A stretch of 64,000 nt of DNA from Eutreptiella sp. 'Long Island Sound 2002'. Taxonomy: Eukaryota > Protista > Euglenida. Of the stretch, positions 1 to 11,932 are shown one piece after another (positions within the stretch are counted from its first letter, which is position 1; each line of letters starts with the position of its first letter). A program made the translations under genes and the position numbers. The stretch lies in the NCBI GenBank assembly GCA_964036045.1, contig OZ038378.1:51026001-51090000 (forward strand). The letters run 5' to 3'. The notes below the pieces were generated by a model, which saw only the letters and a program-made list of their open reading frames with translations, had not been told where the DNA came from and searched no databases.

Positions 1-1561
1 TTGCTAGATTTCGGTGTCCGTACGGTTGGGCATGGGGCGGGGTATATGGTACATCTATGGAAGCCCACAAAACTTCCATCAAGGTTGGGAACAGACCCTG
101 AGGACCCTGTTGCTGCCGATCACTCAACAGAGGGGTTCAGTGTTATCACTCCAGTGACATAAGAAGCAATCTCCGAAATTACGTCAATCGAATGCCCTCC
201 AGGAGCCTCAGGCCTGAGTTGATTTTTCAGGCTGCATGCAACAGATGACAACATTCTAGGGTCACATCTGCTCACCCCATGCTGACTCCCGCATATCCTC
301 GTGATGTGCGCGTCGTCATTATTCGATGCCTCCCTATGGATGATATCGAAGCATCCGCAAGCCACGCCGGAAGCACAAATAGTTGTCAAGCCGAGGTCAT
401 GGGTACCCTAAAAGAGCAAAATCCGTTCATATTTCATAAAACCATTTATGATGAACAAAAGTACCTTTCATACCGGTACCAAGGGACATTATGACCGATT
501 CAACCTACCATTCACGTCGTTTGAATTTTTATGAACTTTTGGCGAAGTAAGCATAGCAAATGGGCAAAGAGACAAGGCACCACGGGCAAAACGGGCAAGA
601 CATCAACAAAGTGAGCGTACTCATTCAAAAGTTCCGTTCACAGTGGGTACATGGGCCTTGCGCCGCTGGCTCGGCGGGGGCAAGTCGCAACCGTGGCAGC
701 TGCAGCACTGCCATTCGGTGGCCTTACTACGCAGAAGGTGATTGCAATCGATGTCTCTGTTTTGAGTGTAGCTGTGTGCTTCGCAGTAGCCCGCACCCCC
801 CCCCCCCCCGTGCGCACGTACAACTTGAACGTGCGGCCACCACACATGCGTTTTCGCCCGGTGATCTACGATGGTCGTGAGGTTTGACCACCACTTGCCA
901 TTTTTCACCTTTTTTCGTATATTTTCCGGTGTCTCACATTTAGGTGAGAACCCCGGTTCGGTGCATGTTCCCCTTTACGGGGACTTTGACATGTTTTGAC
1001 AGGGCTTTCGGATGCACAGTTGTTTGTTGGACACCATTATGTCACAATTGCACTTTGTATTTTCTGTTTTTTGTGCCCTTGCCAATTGTCCTTTGGGCAG
1101 CCAATGAAGGGGCGGCTTGCAGGGCAAAAAAAGCGGTTTCATGAGGTGGTTGCATTCATGCAAAGGGGGGGGAGGTTGCACGAATTTCTCCCTTCATGAT
1201 CTCTTCGGTGAGCTGCAATGCCAAGGCGCACCATTGTGCGCCACAACCTGCGATCTTTAGAGGTAACGGCCCACAAACGGGACAATCTTGCAGCGCGACA
1301 TCTAAATATCCCCTTACGCGAGTGTTTGCGTTCTACAGTGCATGGTACCACCAATCCAAGTTTTGCAACTGCGGAAGTTGCTGCGCGTCGGACGACCGCA
1401 CCTCATAGGCCATTTTCGTTCAAAAATTGGGGGGTTGGGTTAACACCCTTCGGGTGATTTTTTTTTGTCCGCCGGGGGTTTTTTTTTCGAAAGATTGCCA
1501 TTTTTGCCAGTTTTTGAAAAATAGGAAAACATCCTCCCCTGTTCACAATTTGTTGCATAAT

Positions 1562-1640
1562 TCAGTTCATAATTCAGGTCTCGTTTTATAAACGCGCCGA
1601 GCGCTTTATGAACGCGTCTTATGAACGCGTTTTATGAACA
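1562..1640. repeat. Cluster of TTCATAA/TTATGAAC motifs
   Basis: ttcataattc, tttatgaacgcgtcttatgaacgcgttttatgaac. The same motif occurs at 2190-2315 and 3080-3150. Confidence 0.8.
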
Positions 1641-1689
1641 GATGCACAGGCACACAACAATAACTCAGGCTTCCATGTTTCCTATACTC

Positions 1690-3060
1690 GTTTGTCCTTG
1701 CTTGTCCTTGCTTGTTCATGCCGCCCTACACCTCAGGGCTGGGGCCTGTCAGCTTGCGGTACAAAATTTTCTGCACCTCCCCTGCAACCTGAGGGGGATG
1801 ATTTCCCACCCGGGCCTCCAAGAAGGCCACAAAGACCCTCCCAAAGGTCATGCAACAGTGCAAAATGCACAAAAATACCCGGTTTCTGGCTATGACCGGC
1901 AGCGGCTCGCCGGTGTATCCTGCCGCGTCCAAACTTTTGCGGGTCGCCAGTTAGCGACGATGATTGTTCGCATCGGAATGCGTTGTCCTCCGAGCAGTGA
2001 CGCCATTCCACTGCTTGGCCGTGTTGTCACGCACGGCCTCGTTGAAAATGCTACCCACTTGGGGAGCCACGCTGATGCCCAGCAGCCGCGGGAGCCACGG
2101 CTGGTCCCCACCAAGGAGGATTGCTGCCGGCACCCAGCTGTCGCACGAGTAAAATTTTTTGTAGTCAATAATGGACTGCAGGATGTGTGTTCATAAAAGG
2201 TGTTCATAATTCGTGTTCACAAAATGCGTTCATAATTCATAAATTGGCAGCATGGTGTTTTATGACGGCAGCTTTTCAATTATGAACGCCAGCATTATGA
2301 ACAACTTATGAACACGCAAAAGCAGACTACAAAGCTGTAGCACCTGAGCCCAAATTTGCCCCAAGGGAACCATATCCTTGTCCCCCGTGACGGCCATGCC
2401 GATGAGCCATAGGAAGGCGGATGTGCGCGCCTTTACCCCATGGTTCAATAGCCCCACCAATAGCTGCGACCAACTGCCAGCGGCGCAAGGATACATGTCA
2501 CCCCGCACCACAAAGGTGAGGGGGCGGGTCCAATCAATAGACTGGCACAGTGCTGGCCGGGATTGCACGTATTGTCCCCACGACCGCAGGGGCCAGCAGC
2601 GCCCCGATGGTGCGGGGTTGGCACATTCCAGCGCGGGGGACAACGCAAGCGGAGCAATCAATGACCTCCACGTTGTGTCAAATTAGTCCCGTGCGGGGTT
2701 GGGCCGTGGGAAGGGCAATCTCGTGTGGGCACTTTAGGCGTCGCCCCGGCGGGCGATGTACTAAGACAACACCCGGAAGCCGAACCGGGGTGCACCCAAC
2801 TCCAAAAGGAGCCCTATGAGATAGGGTGCGGGAAATAGCGCCTCCGCATACGTACCGATGGCCTGCACCTTGGTTTTGCGGACCGCTGGGAGCGGAGCGT
2901 GGTCCATTGCCTCCGTAACATGGGCCCGCATGAGGGGGGACAATGACATCCATTGGGCCAACTGGTTGGAAGGCTTGCTGTTCCGAAGACCGGTGGCACC
3001 ATTGAGCCGAACAAGCATCATGTTCAGCTGCGTGAAGACGGAGGGAGGGGAAGACATAAC
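1690..3060 (-). pseudogene. Transib/RAG1-like DDE transposase remnant (two coding blocks, frameshifted)
   Basis: ORFs 2761-3153, 2260-2661 (LTFVVRGDMYPCAAGSWSQLLVGLLNHG) and 1726-1932 (RVFLCILHCCMTFGRVF). The C-x-L-H motif recurs at 23390-23430 (VFLCILPCCMAM) and 7770 (YRMHGVLR). The superfamily is inferred from motif shape only. Confidence 0.45.
2190..2315. repeat. Cluster of TTCATAA/TTATGAAC motifs separating two coding blocks (probable intron)
   Basis: gttcataaaaggtgttcataattcgtgttcac...gttcataattcataa...ttatgaacgcc...ttatgaacaacttatgaac. Confidence 0.8.
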
Positions 3061-3079
3061 AAAATCTGTGGACAAAGAA

Positions 3080-3150
3080 GCGTTCATAAAAGCTGTTCGT
3101 AATTCATGGTTCATATATGAACCGTTCATATATGAAAAATGAATTATAAA
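3080..3150. repeat. Motif cluster including the perfect 16-bp palindrome GGTTCATATATGAACC (3108-3123)
   Basis: Read directly from the sequence. Confidence 0.85.
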
Positions 3151-3393
3151 CAATACTACTTTTGATACAGGTACCTAGGAGTACCTTAAATTCCCAAAAA
3201 AAATGAAATCGCGTTCGAATTCGCGACCTCATGTTCGCATCTGTATCAGCATTCACACGTGGCAGCGGCGGAGGTGGTGGGGTGAGCGAAGGGGTTGGCC
3301 ACTCCCCCCCATTTGATTCATGGTGACATGTGAACACCCGAAAGGGCGGGATGGTCCGGGAAAAGGGGTTGGGCCACTCCCCTTTTTCGGGAG

Positions 3394-5030
3394 TTGCACG
3401 TGGCCCTCCCGGGGTTGCGGGCCGTTCGGCTCATTCCCGCATGTTCAACCGTGGGCAGCCTTTTGGGAATCATGGCCACACACACCATGAGCAAACCCAA
3501 GCCCGGCCTCTGTGCCATCTACCCCACCACCGGCCTGGTCCACTGCCCCATGTGGATGGACATGATTGCCATCCATAAATACTTTGCTCCCGGTGAGCCG
3601 CGGGCTGACCACTCTAACCTTCCTTTTGAATGGCAGGCAGTTCAGGGCCAGTGGTGGGACGATCTGGGCATGTTGCCCAGCCACAGGACCGTGCCCCTTC
3701 TGCACCACATCCCGGATATCACTTTGCCCACTCTCCATCGCATGAAGGGGCTCATGTGGTATCGAGGAATCGCGGACCCCCCCTCCTTCATTAAGCCCGA
3801 GCCCCCCTGGCGCAGGGCACCCGTGCAGGACCCCCCCTCGCATGCCACCGCCAACCCCTCCGTTCTGGCTGCTCGCCCAGCCCCCCCGATGGCTCGTAAC
3901 CTCGTGGACGGCCTCGGCTACACAGTTCACTGCGATATTCTTGCCGCGGAGAACTGCAGGACCACCTGGGGGAGGGTGGAAAAAATTTGGGCGGGGGGGA
4001 AACAAGTTTGTCAACATTTTGTCCCTGTGTTCAATGTGAAACCGCTGGAGGAGCAGAGGAAGGACCCCGCCCTCCCCCATCAGTGCATGTCAAAGCCCTC
4101 CAAAACTTCGGGCATGGCAAGTGCCCTTATTAAAAAATCTATTAACAGCATCAACGACGGTTTCCCCGATTCGTTTCAAGACTTGTTTGACATGCCTTGC
4201 TCCATCATTGTGTCGGGGGACCACCTCCCCCACACGGATGTTTCGACGGCCCCGGACGTGCTGCCCCCGCCTCACCGCTACCCCTCGAGCTGCCACATCT
4301 CGACCTTCGTGGCCCTCTCCCCGCAGTACCGCATCAACGTCCTGGCGGGAACGGCGCAGGGGGAGGCCACGGAGGAGAGGTGCGACGAGGTTGTCCTCCA
4401 ACAAGAGGCGGTCCTCGTCCTCGTCAGCACTGCCCGGCACCGCGGGCTCCCCGCCCCCCCCGGGCAAGAGATGCAGGGCACACTGCTCACGCAGTGGACC
4501 CCCAATCAGCGTGATTCGTGGGTTAAGCCGAATCCGACGCATCTCGACCCCCCCCCCCCTCCCCTTGGAGCTCAAGGACTGCCTCGGCCTGCTGGACGGG
4601 GAGGGCGGGGAGGACGTGCCCACTTTCGGGCAACTGTTCCTATTTGGGGTTGGATTGGAGGCCCGGGTCGGGCTGGCCACCCGGGACAAGATGGACGACA
4701 TCTTCAGCCCCCCCGAGGTGGAGCCAGGCCACCCCGCGTGCACACACCACCACCTAATCCTCTCCTGCCCCGCCCACGACATCTCCCCCGTCATCGTGCA
4801 CGCGGGGGACATCTTGATGTGGAATGGGGCGTACGAGATGTAGGTCGTGAAGGAGGATTCAACGGACGGGGACGCGGAGGTGACATAGGCGCTTGGAGCT
4901 ATACTGCCCCCCACACGTCCTGCCCCCGCCTGGCGGCTACTCCACGCTGAGCCGGCGTGGAAGCGGTCAAAGGAGTCCAAGAAAGGGACGTGGACGGTGA
5001 CCTGCCCGTGTGAGTGTGAGGTATGCATTG
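3394..5030 (+). pseudogene. Protein with a 2OG-Fe(II) dioxygenase-like (PhyH-type) domain; frameshift and TAG stops in the 3' part
   Basis: ORF 3394-4950 contains LPHTD...HISTFVALS...AVLVLVSTARHRG (HxD...H spacing of double-stranded beta-helix dioxygenases). There is a frame change at the poly-C near 4550, TAG stops at 4841 and 4886, and a GT donor (gaggtatgc) near 5022. Confidence 0.55.
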
Positions 5031-5044
5031 TCTTCTACCCCATA

Positions 5045-5166
5045 TTCGCGCGAAGTTCGCGCAAACTTCGTGCGAAGTTCCCGACATTGTGCTACGCATC
5101 CGCAAATGCTTCAGATTAGGTCAAGCATGCAGATTCACGAATTTCGCGCTAAGTTCGCGCGAATTT
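5045..5166. repeat. Cluster of TTCGCGCGAA palindromes and variants (intergenic)
   Basis: ttcgcgcgaagttcgcgcaaacttcgtgcgaa and aagttcgcgcgaattt at 5151-5166. Confidence 0.85.
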
Positions 5167-5479
5167 GGCATGAATAATTCCATTTCATTTCATTCTCAGG
5201 AGCAACGCCACTGGTGGTTGCCGGATCCCCGTGCGGCCACAGCCACGCACGCCCGCAAGCGTTTCCGCCCGGCCGGGCACACTGATGCCACTGCACAGTC
5301 GGGCACAAGGTGCCACGTGACCCTCGACGTGCCCTCGAGTTCGGCCGGCGCCGCCCCCGCATACGCACGGGCGGCCATTGCCGCAGCCCCCCCCGCACCC
5401 CCTGCCTCAGCCCCCGTGGTCGTCGCAAACCCTGTGCCGGGGACGGGGGCCACGGCCTACCCCGCCAACCTCCTCCCCA

Positions 5480-6783
5480 TCAGCTCCCTGTCCATGACGC
5501 GGTCCCAGCCCCTGTCCGCACGGAACCTCGACCTCCCGGGACGCAAGCGGGGAAGGCAGGGGTTCGTGGGGACGACCTGGGAGATCGAGGTGGAGACGCA
5601 GGATGGGCAGCGGCAGCCGCCCCTCAAAATGTCCTTCCCCTGTGCCATCACGTTCCCCAACCCCGGGGGAGGGTGGAAGGAGGGTGAGACGATTATTGCC
5701 CTCTACGCATACCGGCTACGTGGAGGGCATTGGAGATTGGATTGTTGAATGAAGGGTAGGGTGGGGGTGCCGGAGGGGCACCTGAGGCGGTTGGCAGCGT
5801 TGGCGGTGACGAGGGTGAGGGGATGGGGGGACTAGGTGGAGGAGCACATGAGCTATGCCTGGCTCCAAATGTTCACGCGGGCAAAAGAGGAGCACCGCAA
5901 GCATTTGGGGGAGGTGGGGGGAGTGGTGGAAGTGGATGCGGAGGCGGGGGGGGAGGAGGGGGGGGGGGGCGATGCCTCCTCCATGCGGAGCTCCAAGAGC
6001 GGCGGGTCCAGGGGCAAGGTGGGCCGGCCCCGCAAGGCCCCCAAACTTCCCGTGATGTCGGGTGGCTAGCCCTCGGCTGCAAACCCCCCTCCGGCAGCGC
6101 AGGTGGACGCTTGGGTGGCGGCGTAGGCGGGGGCCATGCCCGAGTTGGAGAAGCGGGCTGTGGCAGCGGAGGGGGAGGTTCTCCATCTGCGAGGCAAGCT
6201 CCAGGAGGCAAAGAAGCGGGCACAGGAGGTGGAGCGGCGGGCAAGAGCGGCGGAGTAGCGGGCAACGGCGGCGGAGCGGGACCGGGACAATCTCCGGGCG
6301 CAGGCCCGCGAACCCACGGCGAAGGCGGTCGCGCAAGGGCAACAGCGGGTAGAGCAGACGGAAGGTGGGGGGGCAGGGGCGGGGGTGGGGGCCGGTACGA
6401 GGTACCTTATGGCGGGGAGCCAGGCTTGGAAGGCCCAGGCAACGAAGGCGAAGGGGGAGCTCTTAGCAGTGGCCGCCACCGCGCGCCCGCTGCTTTCCAA
6501 GAGGGACGGGCCAACCTTCGAGTCGGTGGTGCCGGGGTTTCAAGCCGCCTTGGACAGCCATGACGATGTCGAGAGGCGGTACCCGGGGGACGCCGTGGCG
6601 GAGGCCGCCACTAACGCAGCCTTTGGGCTCCCTCCCATCCCCCCCAGCCCCCCGCAGCCCATGGGTCCGGGACCTCCACAGGCACTGCGTCCTCGTATTG
6701 TCGCCCTGCGAACGGCCTGTTTAACCATTGTAATTTACAACGGGGCTGACCACTGTCGTGGTCGGCTCGCGAATTTTGCGTGA
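5480..6783 (+). pseudogene. Unknown protein with AT-hook-like motif (GRPRK) and coiled coil; one frame broken by 5 nonsense codons
   Basis: ORFs 5023-5748, 5836-6069 and 6385-6783 are in the same frame. Stops: TGA 5746, TAG 5833, 6067, 6124 and 6256. The coiled-coil segment reads ELEKRAVAAEGEVLHLRGKLQEAKKRAQEVERR. Confidence 0.6.
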
Positions 6784-6863
6784 TTTCATGCAAATGCGCG
6801 AACAAGTCAGCTGACCACTGTCCTGAGGTTTGTGGGAACTTCGCGCGAAATTCGCGCGAATTT
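6766..6863. repeat. TTCGCGCGAA cluster with the perfect 16-bp palindrome AAATTCGCGCGAATTT (6848-6863)
   Basis: Read directly from the sequence. Confidence 0.85.
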
Positions 6864-7014
6864 GTACAATATTTGTGTCTAATGCCGGTTCCCAACGCAT
6901 GGGATGGTTGTACAATTTTTTTTTGTGTGCCGTTTGCCAATGGGGCCGAATTTCTCTAACTTTTTTGACATTGCAAATTGACATGCATTCCTCATTGTCT
7001 ATTGTCAGTGTTTT

Positions 7015-8615
7015 TTGTCATGGGACGTGAGATTGGCGACAAGGGGAAGAAGGCCTTTGCCCATATCAAGTCCAGGTAGCCCTAGGCCCCTGCTTGAGGA
7101 CATTGCAAGACGTTTTCTCGGGGGAACTAGGAGTGGAGTATCTGGTGAAGCACCTCCCGGACACGGGCCAGATTGTCCTCACGCCGGTAGACGGGGGGGG
7201 GGGGGCAGTGGTGCTCTGCCCACCGCACCATTCATGTGGGAGAAGACCGTCGCCGCGCTGTGGCGCATCCGGTCGCTGCACCTGTCGAGGACGGAGGCGC
7301 GGTACCTCACACTCCATCTAGTGGAGGGGGTACCCTAGGAGGACGTGTGGGTCACCATGCAGCAACTTGCGCAGCCCGCGTCGGAGGGATTTGTAGCCAA
7401 GACGGGGGATGACACGGAGCTATACGGAGCCTTATGCCCGTTACCGTCGCGGTTGCAACACCTGTACCATTGCCAACCGGTTGAACGTGCCCACGTCCAA
7501 CAACCGGGCAATCGAAGGCTGCATTGAATGCCACTAGCAGTGGACGGCACATCGCGGCACGAGGCTTCGTACGTTCATTGCACCTTTGGGGTAACTAGTA
7601 GCCCCGATCAACTAGCAAGTTGGTGGCTACTGGGGGGTAGTGAGTAGTGGGTGACCCTGTACGCGGCTGCTCGAGAGGTTGACTTCGAGCAACAGTGCCG
7701 GGTGGTGGGAGGTTGAGCGCCCCATTGGAGCCATATGTAGACACATCCCAACCAAACGTCGAATTTCCGACTACAGGATGCACGGGGTGCTGCGGGTAAC
7801 CATTTGTGGTATTTCCGGCATGAGGAAGGCGGTGTTGGCTGCCACTGGCAAGTCCGCGGCGGTCGTTGTCCGCAATTTTTCAACCCATCCTAGATGTTCC
7901 TCGCATGGCAACCAAGACGGTAACAAAGGGTGGGAAGGCAAAGGGCAACGAGAGCGCCAACGCGAAGGGCCAGGTTAGGTTGGAGTGTGCCGCGGCTGCG
8001 CAGCTCATGCGCAGCCGGAGGTGGGAGGCACTCATTGACGTGTGCCTTGAAGAGGGGGGAATGAACAACAAGCGGGTGGGGGGGAGACCGTGGGGGGATG
8101 TTTGTAGGCAGTGGTGGGACAATTTTGCCAAGATGTGTATATATGCATTGCGAACATGTTGGCTGTCCGGGGCAGATCTAGGAAGGTTGCGTGAGTGTAG
8201 TATAGCGATGGGCAAAGCCCACCTGCTGTTGGAACGGCCTAAGTTGTTGTGGTCACATTTCTGGATCGACTACATGTACTTTTTTGCCCGCCAACGGAGA
8301 AAGCTCTCTAAATTTTCATGCTTCGCCATGGAAGGCAGCCACCGTAGGCTCAAGCGCATGTTGCGCAACAGCGGGGGCCCAAGCCTTTTGCACGGGCGCC
8401 TAGGTGTGCAAGTTGTCGTCGACAACCACAGCATAGACGACAGCCTCCGTGCGGAGGGGTGGGACGTCACAAAGAGGTTCATGTGTGGGCAAGGCCCGTT
8501 GGCGGTACAACAATTGGCTAGGCGGGCCCGCAAGAGGGCCCTTACTAACCTCAACTATGTATATACCCTTAGTCAACGTTTTAGACGCCGCAAACAGCGC
8601 AAACAACGAGCATAA
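7015..8615 (+). pseudogene. Transib/RAG1-like DDE transposase (frameshifted 5' half, open 3' 249 aa)
   Basis: MPLAVDGT (candidate first Asp), DYRMHGVLRVT, and WSHFWIDYMYFFARQRRKLSKFSCFAMEGSHRRLKRML. The last resembles the RAG1/Transib H-x4-H...G..SE..E..nK..R C-terminal motif. Confidence 0.55.
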
Positions 8616-8689
8616 TACATTTGGACGGTTCCCGGCAAAGAGGACTTGGTTTGTTATGGTGAAGATGTGCATGCCCGTACGCGAAAATT

Positions 8690-8732
8690 GGGCCAAATGC
8701 GCGTGAAGTTCGCGCGAAATTCGCGCGAATTT
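8690..8732. repeat. TTCGCGCGAA cluster with AAATTCGCGCGAATTT (8717-8732)
   Basis: Same motif as at 5045 and 6848, located just after the transposase stop. Confidence 0.85.
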
Positions 8733-9294
8733 TGCCCTAATTAGCATTCGCAAGGGTCGCAGCAGACACAAGCGAACGGCACAATACGAATAGGGCATCA
8801 AACGGCCACCATGGCCACCTAGTGTGTAGATAAGGAGTAATTTTTTATCGCAGGAACCTGTATTTTATTTTTTTCGAATTTTCGAAACCATATCCCCCAT
8901 TCCAACCCATTGAAAAGGCCTTTTTCGGACAAAATAGTTGTTTTGCACACCCATATTCGCATTCTCATTCAAAAGTTCCCTTGACGGCCATTCGCAAAGG
9001 GGACAGATTGGCTGTAAAACGTCACAACGAGGCTCGTCCTCCCGCTTACCTGCTGCTTGCCTCCGCTGCTACTAATTGGTCTACAACGGTAGTTGCTTCT
9101 CCCATTGCTCCATGTGTTGGAGTGCCTTCGGTTCTTGCCTTCTCAGCAACACCGCTCCCTCTAGCGCCTTCTTACAGCTCGGGGGCTGCAGCCTCGGCCA
9201 GCCGGGGCGCTGCATTGGCTCCATTTGCTGCTCCAAGGCCGTGCTCCACAAGGATATGAGCAAAATAAACAAAATATACACAACCGCTATGCCA

Positions 9295-9495
9295 CCGCTA
9301 TGCAACCGTTGATTACTATTTTGCAACCCCCTCATCACACCGCTTGAATGCAACCGGCTATTTGTGCAACCGATTTCTGACACTGCCTGAATGCAACTGC
9401 CTATTTGTGCAACCGCGCTATCATACCCCGTGACTGCAACCGCAAAAATCATGCAACCGATATGCAACCTACTTGCAACCACTTGCAACCTCTGT
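9295..9495. repeat. About 11 co-oriented TGCAAC(C) motifs inside a probable minus-strand intron of an unknown gene (ORF 9081-9704)
   Basis: Repeated tgcaaccg/tgcaaccc. There is a minus-strand donor gtattg near 9510, and the flanking segments have protein-like composition. Confidence 0.7.
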
Positions 9496-10407
9496 GCTAC
9501 TAGTGTGCCAATACATGTTTTTGACCCCACAAAGCAATTCAAACACTGTACGTGTGGGTTCGGAATGATTTCTTGCAACACTAGGGTCTCTGCTGCTGCA
9601 TTCATAACCACGGGCGGGTCCACTTTTGCGTTCTTCGGATATGCGGGGCTCTCATCGAGGTCGGGGTTCATAGGTCTCTTGCGCTTGCTTGTCACCTTCT
9701 TCACCGTGGGCTTACTGCACTACTATTGTTACTGGTACCACGTTTTTTCCTTCCGCCAGCCCTGCTCCACGTTTTCAATAGGAGAGGGCGGCGACAAAGG
9801 CAAAGGGAAACACAAAGCTAATCACATGGTCGTTATTTGAAAACATGTACAATAGATAGGGTCATTGTACCCTATGCATTTTGTCAATGATTCGTCGCCG
9901 CCTCTTCTTTCCCTCACCTCATATTCCATTGTCTACGGAGGGGACGTTTCTGTCCGGAAGCGCTCCGCGCGGCACAATACGTGCTGCGCGTGTTGCTTCA
10001 TAACTCGCAGCACACACATCACGCGCATATCGCGCAGAACGCGCAACACGGCGTTCTAGAGGCACACTTAGAAGCAGCCTTCCGGCGCGCGCAAAACGCA
10101 TAGCACGCGGAGCACATCACTATTGCACACACGCGCACTTTTGGGGGGCCGCGACCTCACAGTTTGGGTATCCAGCCTACGCGGTTGTCCCCCAAGGTTC
10201 GCACTGGTCCCATGGGTAGGGATGGCAGAGGCTTGGCGGGCATGAAGTTCACGATTCCACCACGCGCGCCCTCCACCAACTTCTCCTTCCTAATCTTCGT
10301 CATCCTCCATGTCCTCGTCCTCTTCCCCGTCACTCTCCTCCTCCTCCTCACTCTCTTCCTCCTCATCGTCCTCCCCCTCCTCCTCGCTCTCCTCCTCCGT
10401 GTCATCC

Positions 10408-11932
10408 TCACTCTCCTCCCTCCCCTTCATCCTCCTCGGCCTCGTCGCCCTCCTCCTCCACATCCGCCTCTACCACCCCGGTCACCCCATGTGCCACGGC
10501 AAAGCACCCCACATGGTACCACTTGCCGCACCCACAACAAACGTAGTGGGTCTTGCCCCGGTTGCAATGGGCGCACACCCGGCGGCCCGGCATCCGCACC
10601 GGCACGTGGATGGGCTTGGCCACTGCCACTGTACAAAAGCGGCGCCGGATAAGGTCCCAGTGCCAGTCAAACATGGTACCCGTTCGGGCCCCTCCGAGGG
10701 ACCGGCAGGTCGCGTATGCGTTGACCACGGCATACCGGCGGACAAGCGCACACACCGCATGCGACCACGTCCTCTGACGTCCCATCTGGCGCATCTGGAG
10801 CGCCATCTGGTTGACGCCATCCACCCCACGGGATAGCTGGCGGTAGCTGGCGACCACCGGGTTCACCTCGTTCCCGCTGCGGCGATGCACGGGTCCGGCT
10901 TGTGGGAAGTGGACGTTCGTGAGCATTGGCACTACGCGGGGCGGCTTGTGACCCACCTTTGGGTTCTTGAAGACCACCATGGCGTACCTCGCGTCGTCCA
11001 CAGTGCACGTGGCGGTTTGTCCTTCACCTCGAAGCTCTCCTGCCCTGTCCACCCCGTACGTGGAGCGCTTCGTCATCATCAAGAATGCGTGCCCCTCCGC
11101 AGCGAGGTCACGCGCTAGCTTGTGCGATCCAAAAAAGGAATCCGCACAGAGGGTGGTCCCGGAAGGGAGGAGACCTGTCCACATGGTCATGATCTGCTGG
11201 GCATTGTAGTTGCCCGCACTGTTGCCGAACCGCCGCAGGTGCCCGCGTCTACCCGTGTACAGGTACATGTCCACCACGTACCCACTAGTGGCATCGGCAA
11301 GGCAATAGAGCTTGGTGCCGGTGGAGTGGGGCTTGCGGGCTATGAACATCCGTATTGGGCCGGCACGTATGCCTTTGTGCGGCACCACGGACCCATCCCC
11401 ACAAGCCAGGCCACCCAACTGCCAGCACCAGCCCACTGCCCATTGCACTCCTCCAGTAGTTCAACAACGTCGGGCCGGATGTTACGGCGCAAGACGTAGT
11501 ACTGCTTGCGGCTTAGCAATTGTGCCATGAAGGGGTTGTACAGTAACCCGTCCCGTTCCGAGATGCCGTCTATTTGCATGGGCCGTACCATGCCCAGTAG
11601 AAGGATGAAGGCGTTGTACCTACGGAAATGGAAGCCACTGCTACCATCGATTGGGGCAAACACTACAATCGATTGGCCGAACCGCTAGAATCAAGTGGGA
11701 CACACCTTGGTACTAGGGGGATCAAGTGGGAGAGGTTCGCCTTTCGGAGGGATGCCCGCTGTAATTCCTGGGTGGGAGCCAACATGTGGTCCCACACCTC
11801 ATCCTCGGTGTACCCGACTAGTTCAGTTTGGCCTGGCCGGACTCCATGCATGATATTTGCTGCACAGTCCTCCACGGCGCGTGAACCCGCCCAAAGATTC
11901 GTGGGAAATGACATTTTTAAAGAGCGGTGTGT
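10408..11932 (-). pseudogene. piggyBac-like transposase (DDE_Tnp_1_7) with C-terminal Cys-rich domain, frameshifted
   Basis: IRMFIARKPHSTGTKLYCLADATSGYVVDMYLYTG, LCADSFFGS, YRQLSRGVDGVNQM and the CRD RRVCAHCNRGKTHYVCCGCGKWYHVGCF. It is split over ORFs 11663-11950, 11340-11663 and 10408-11448. Confidence 0.9.
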
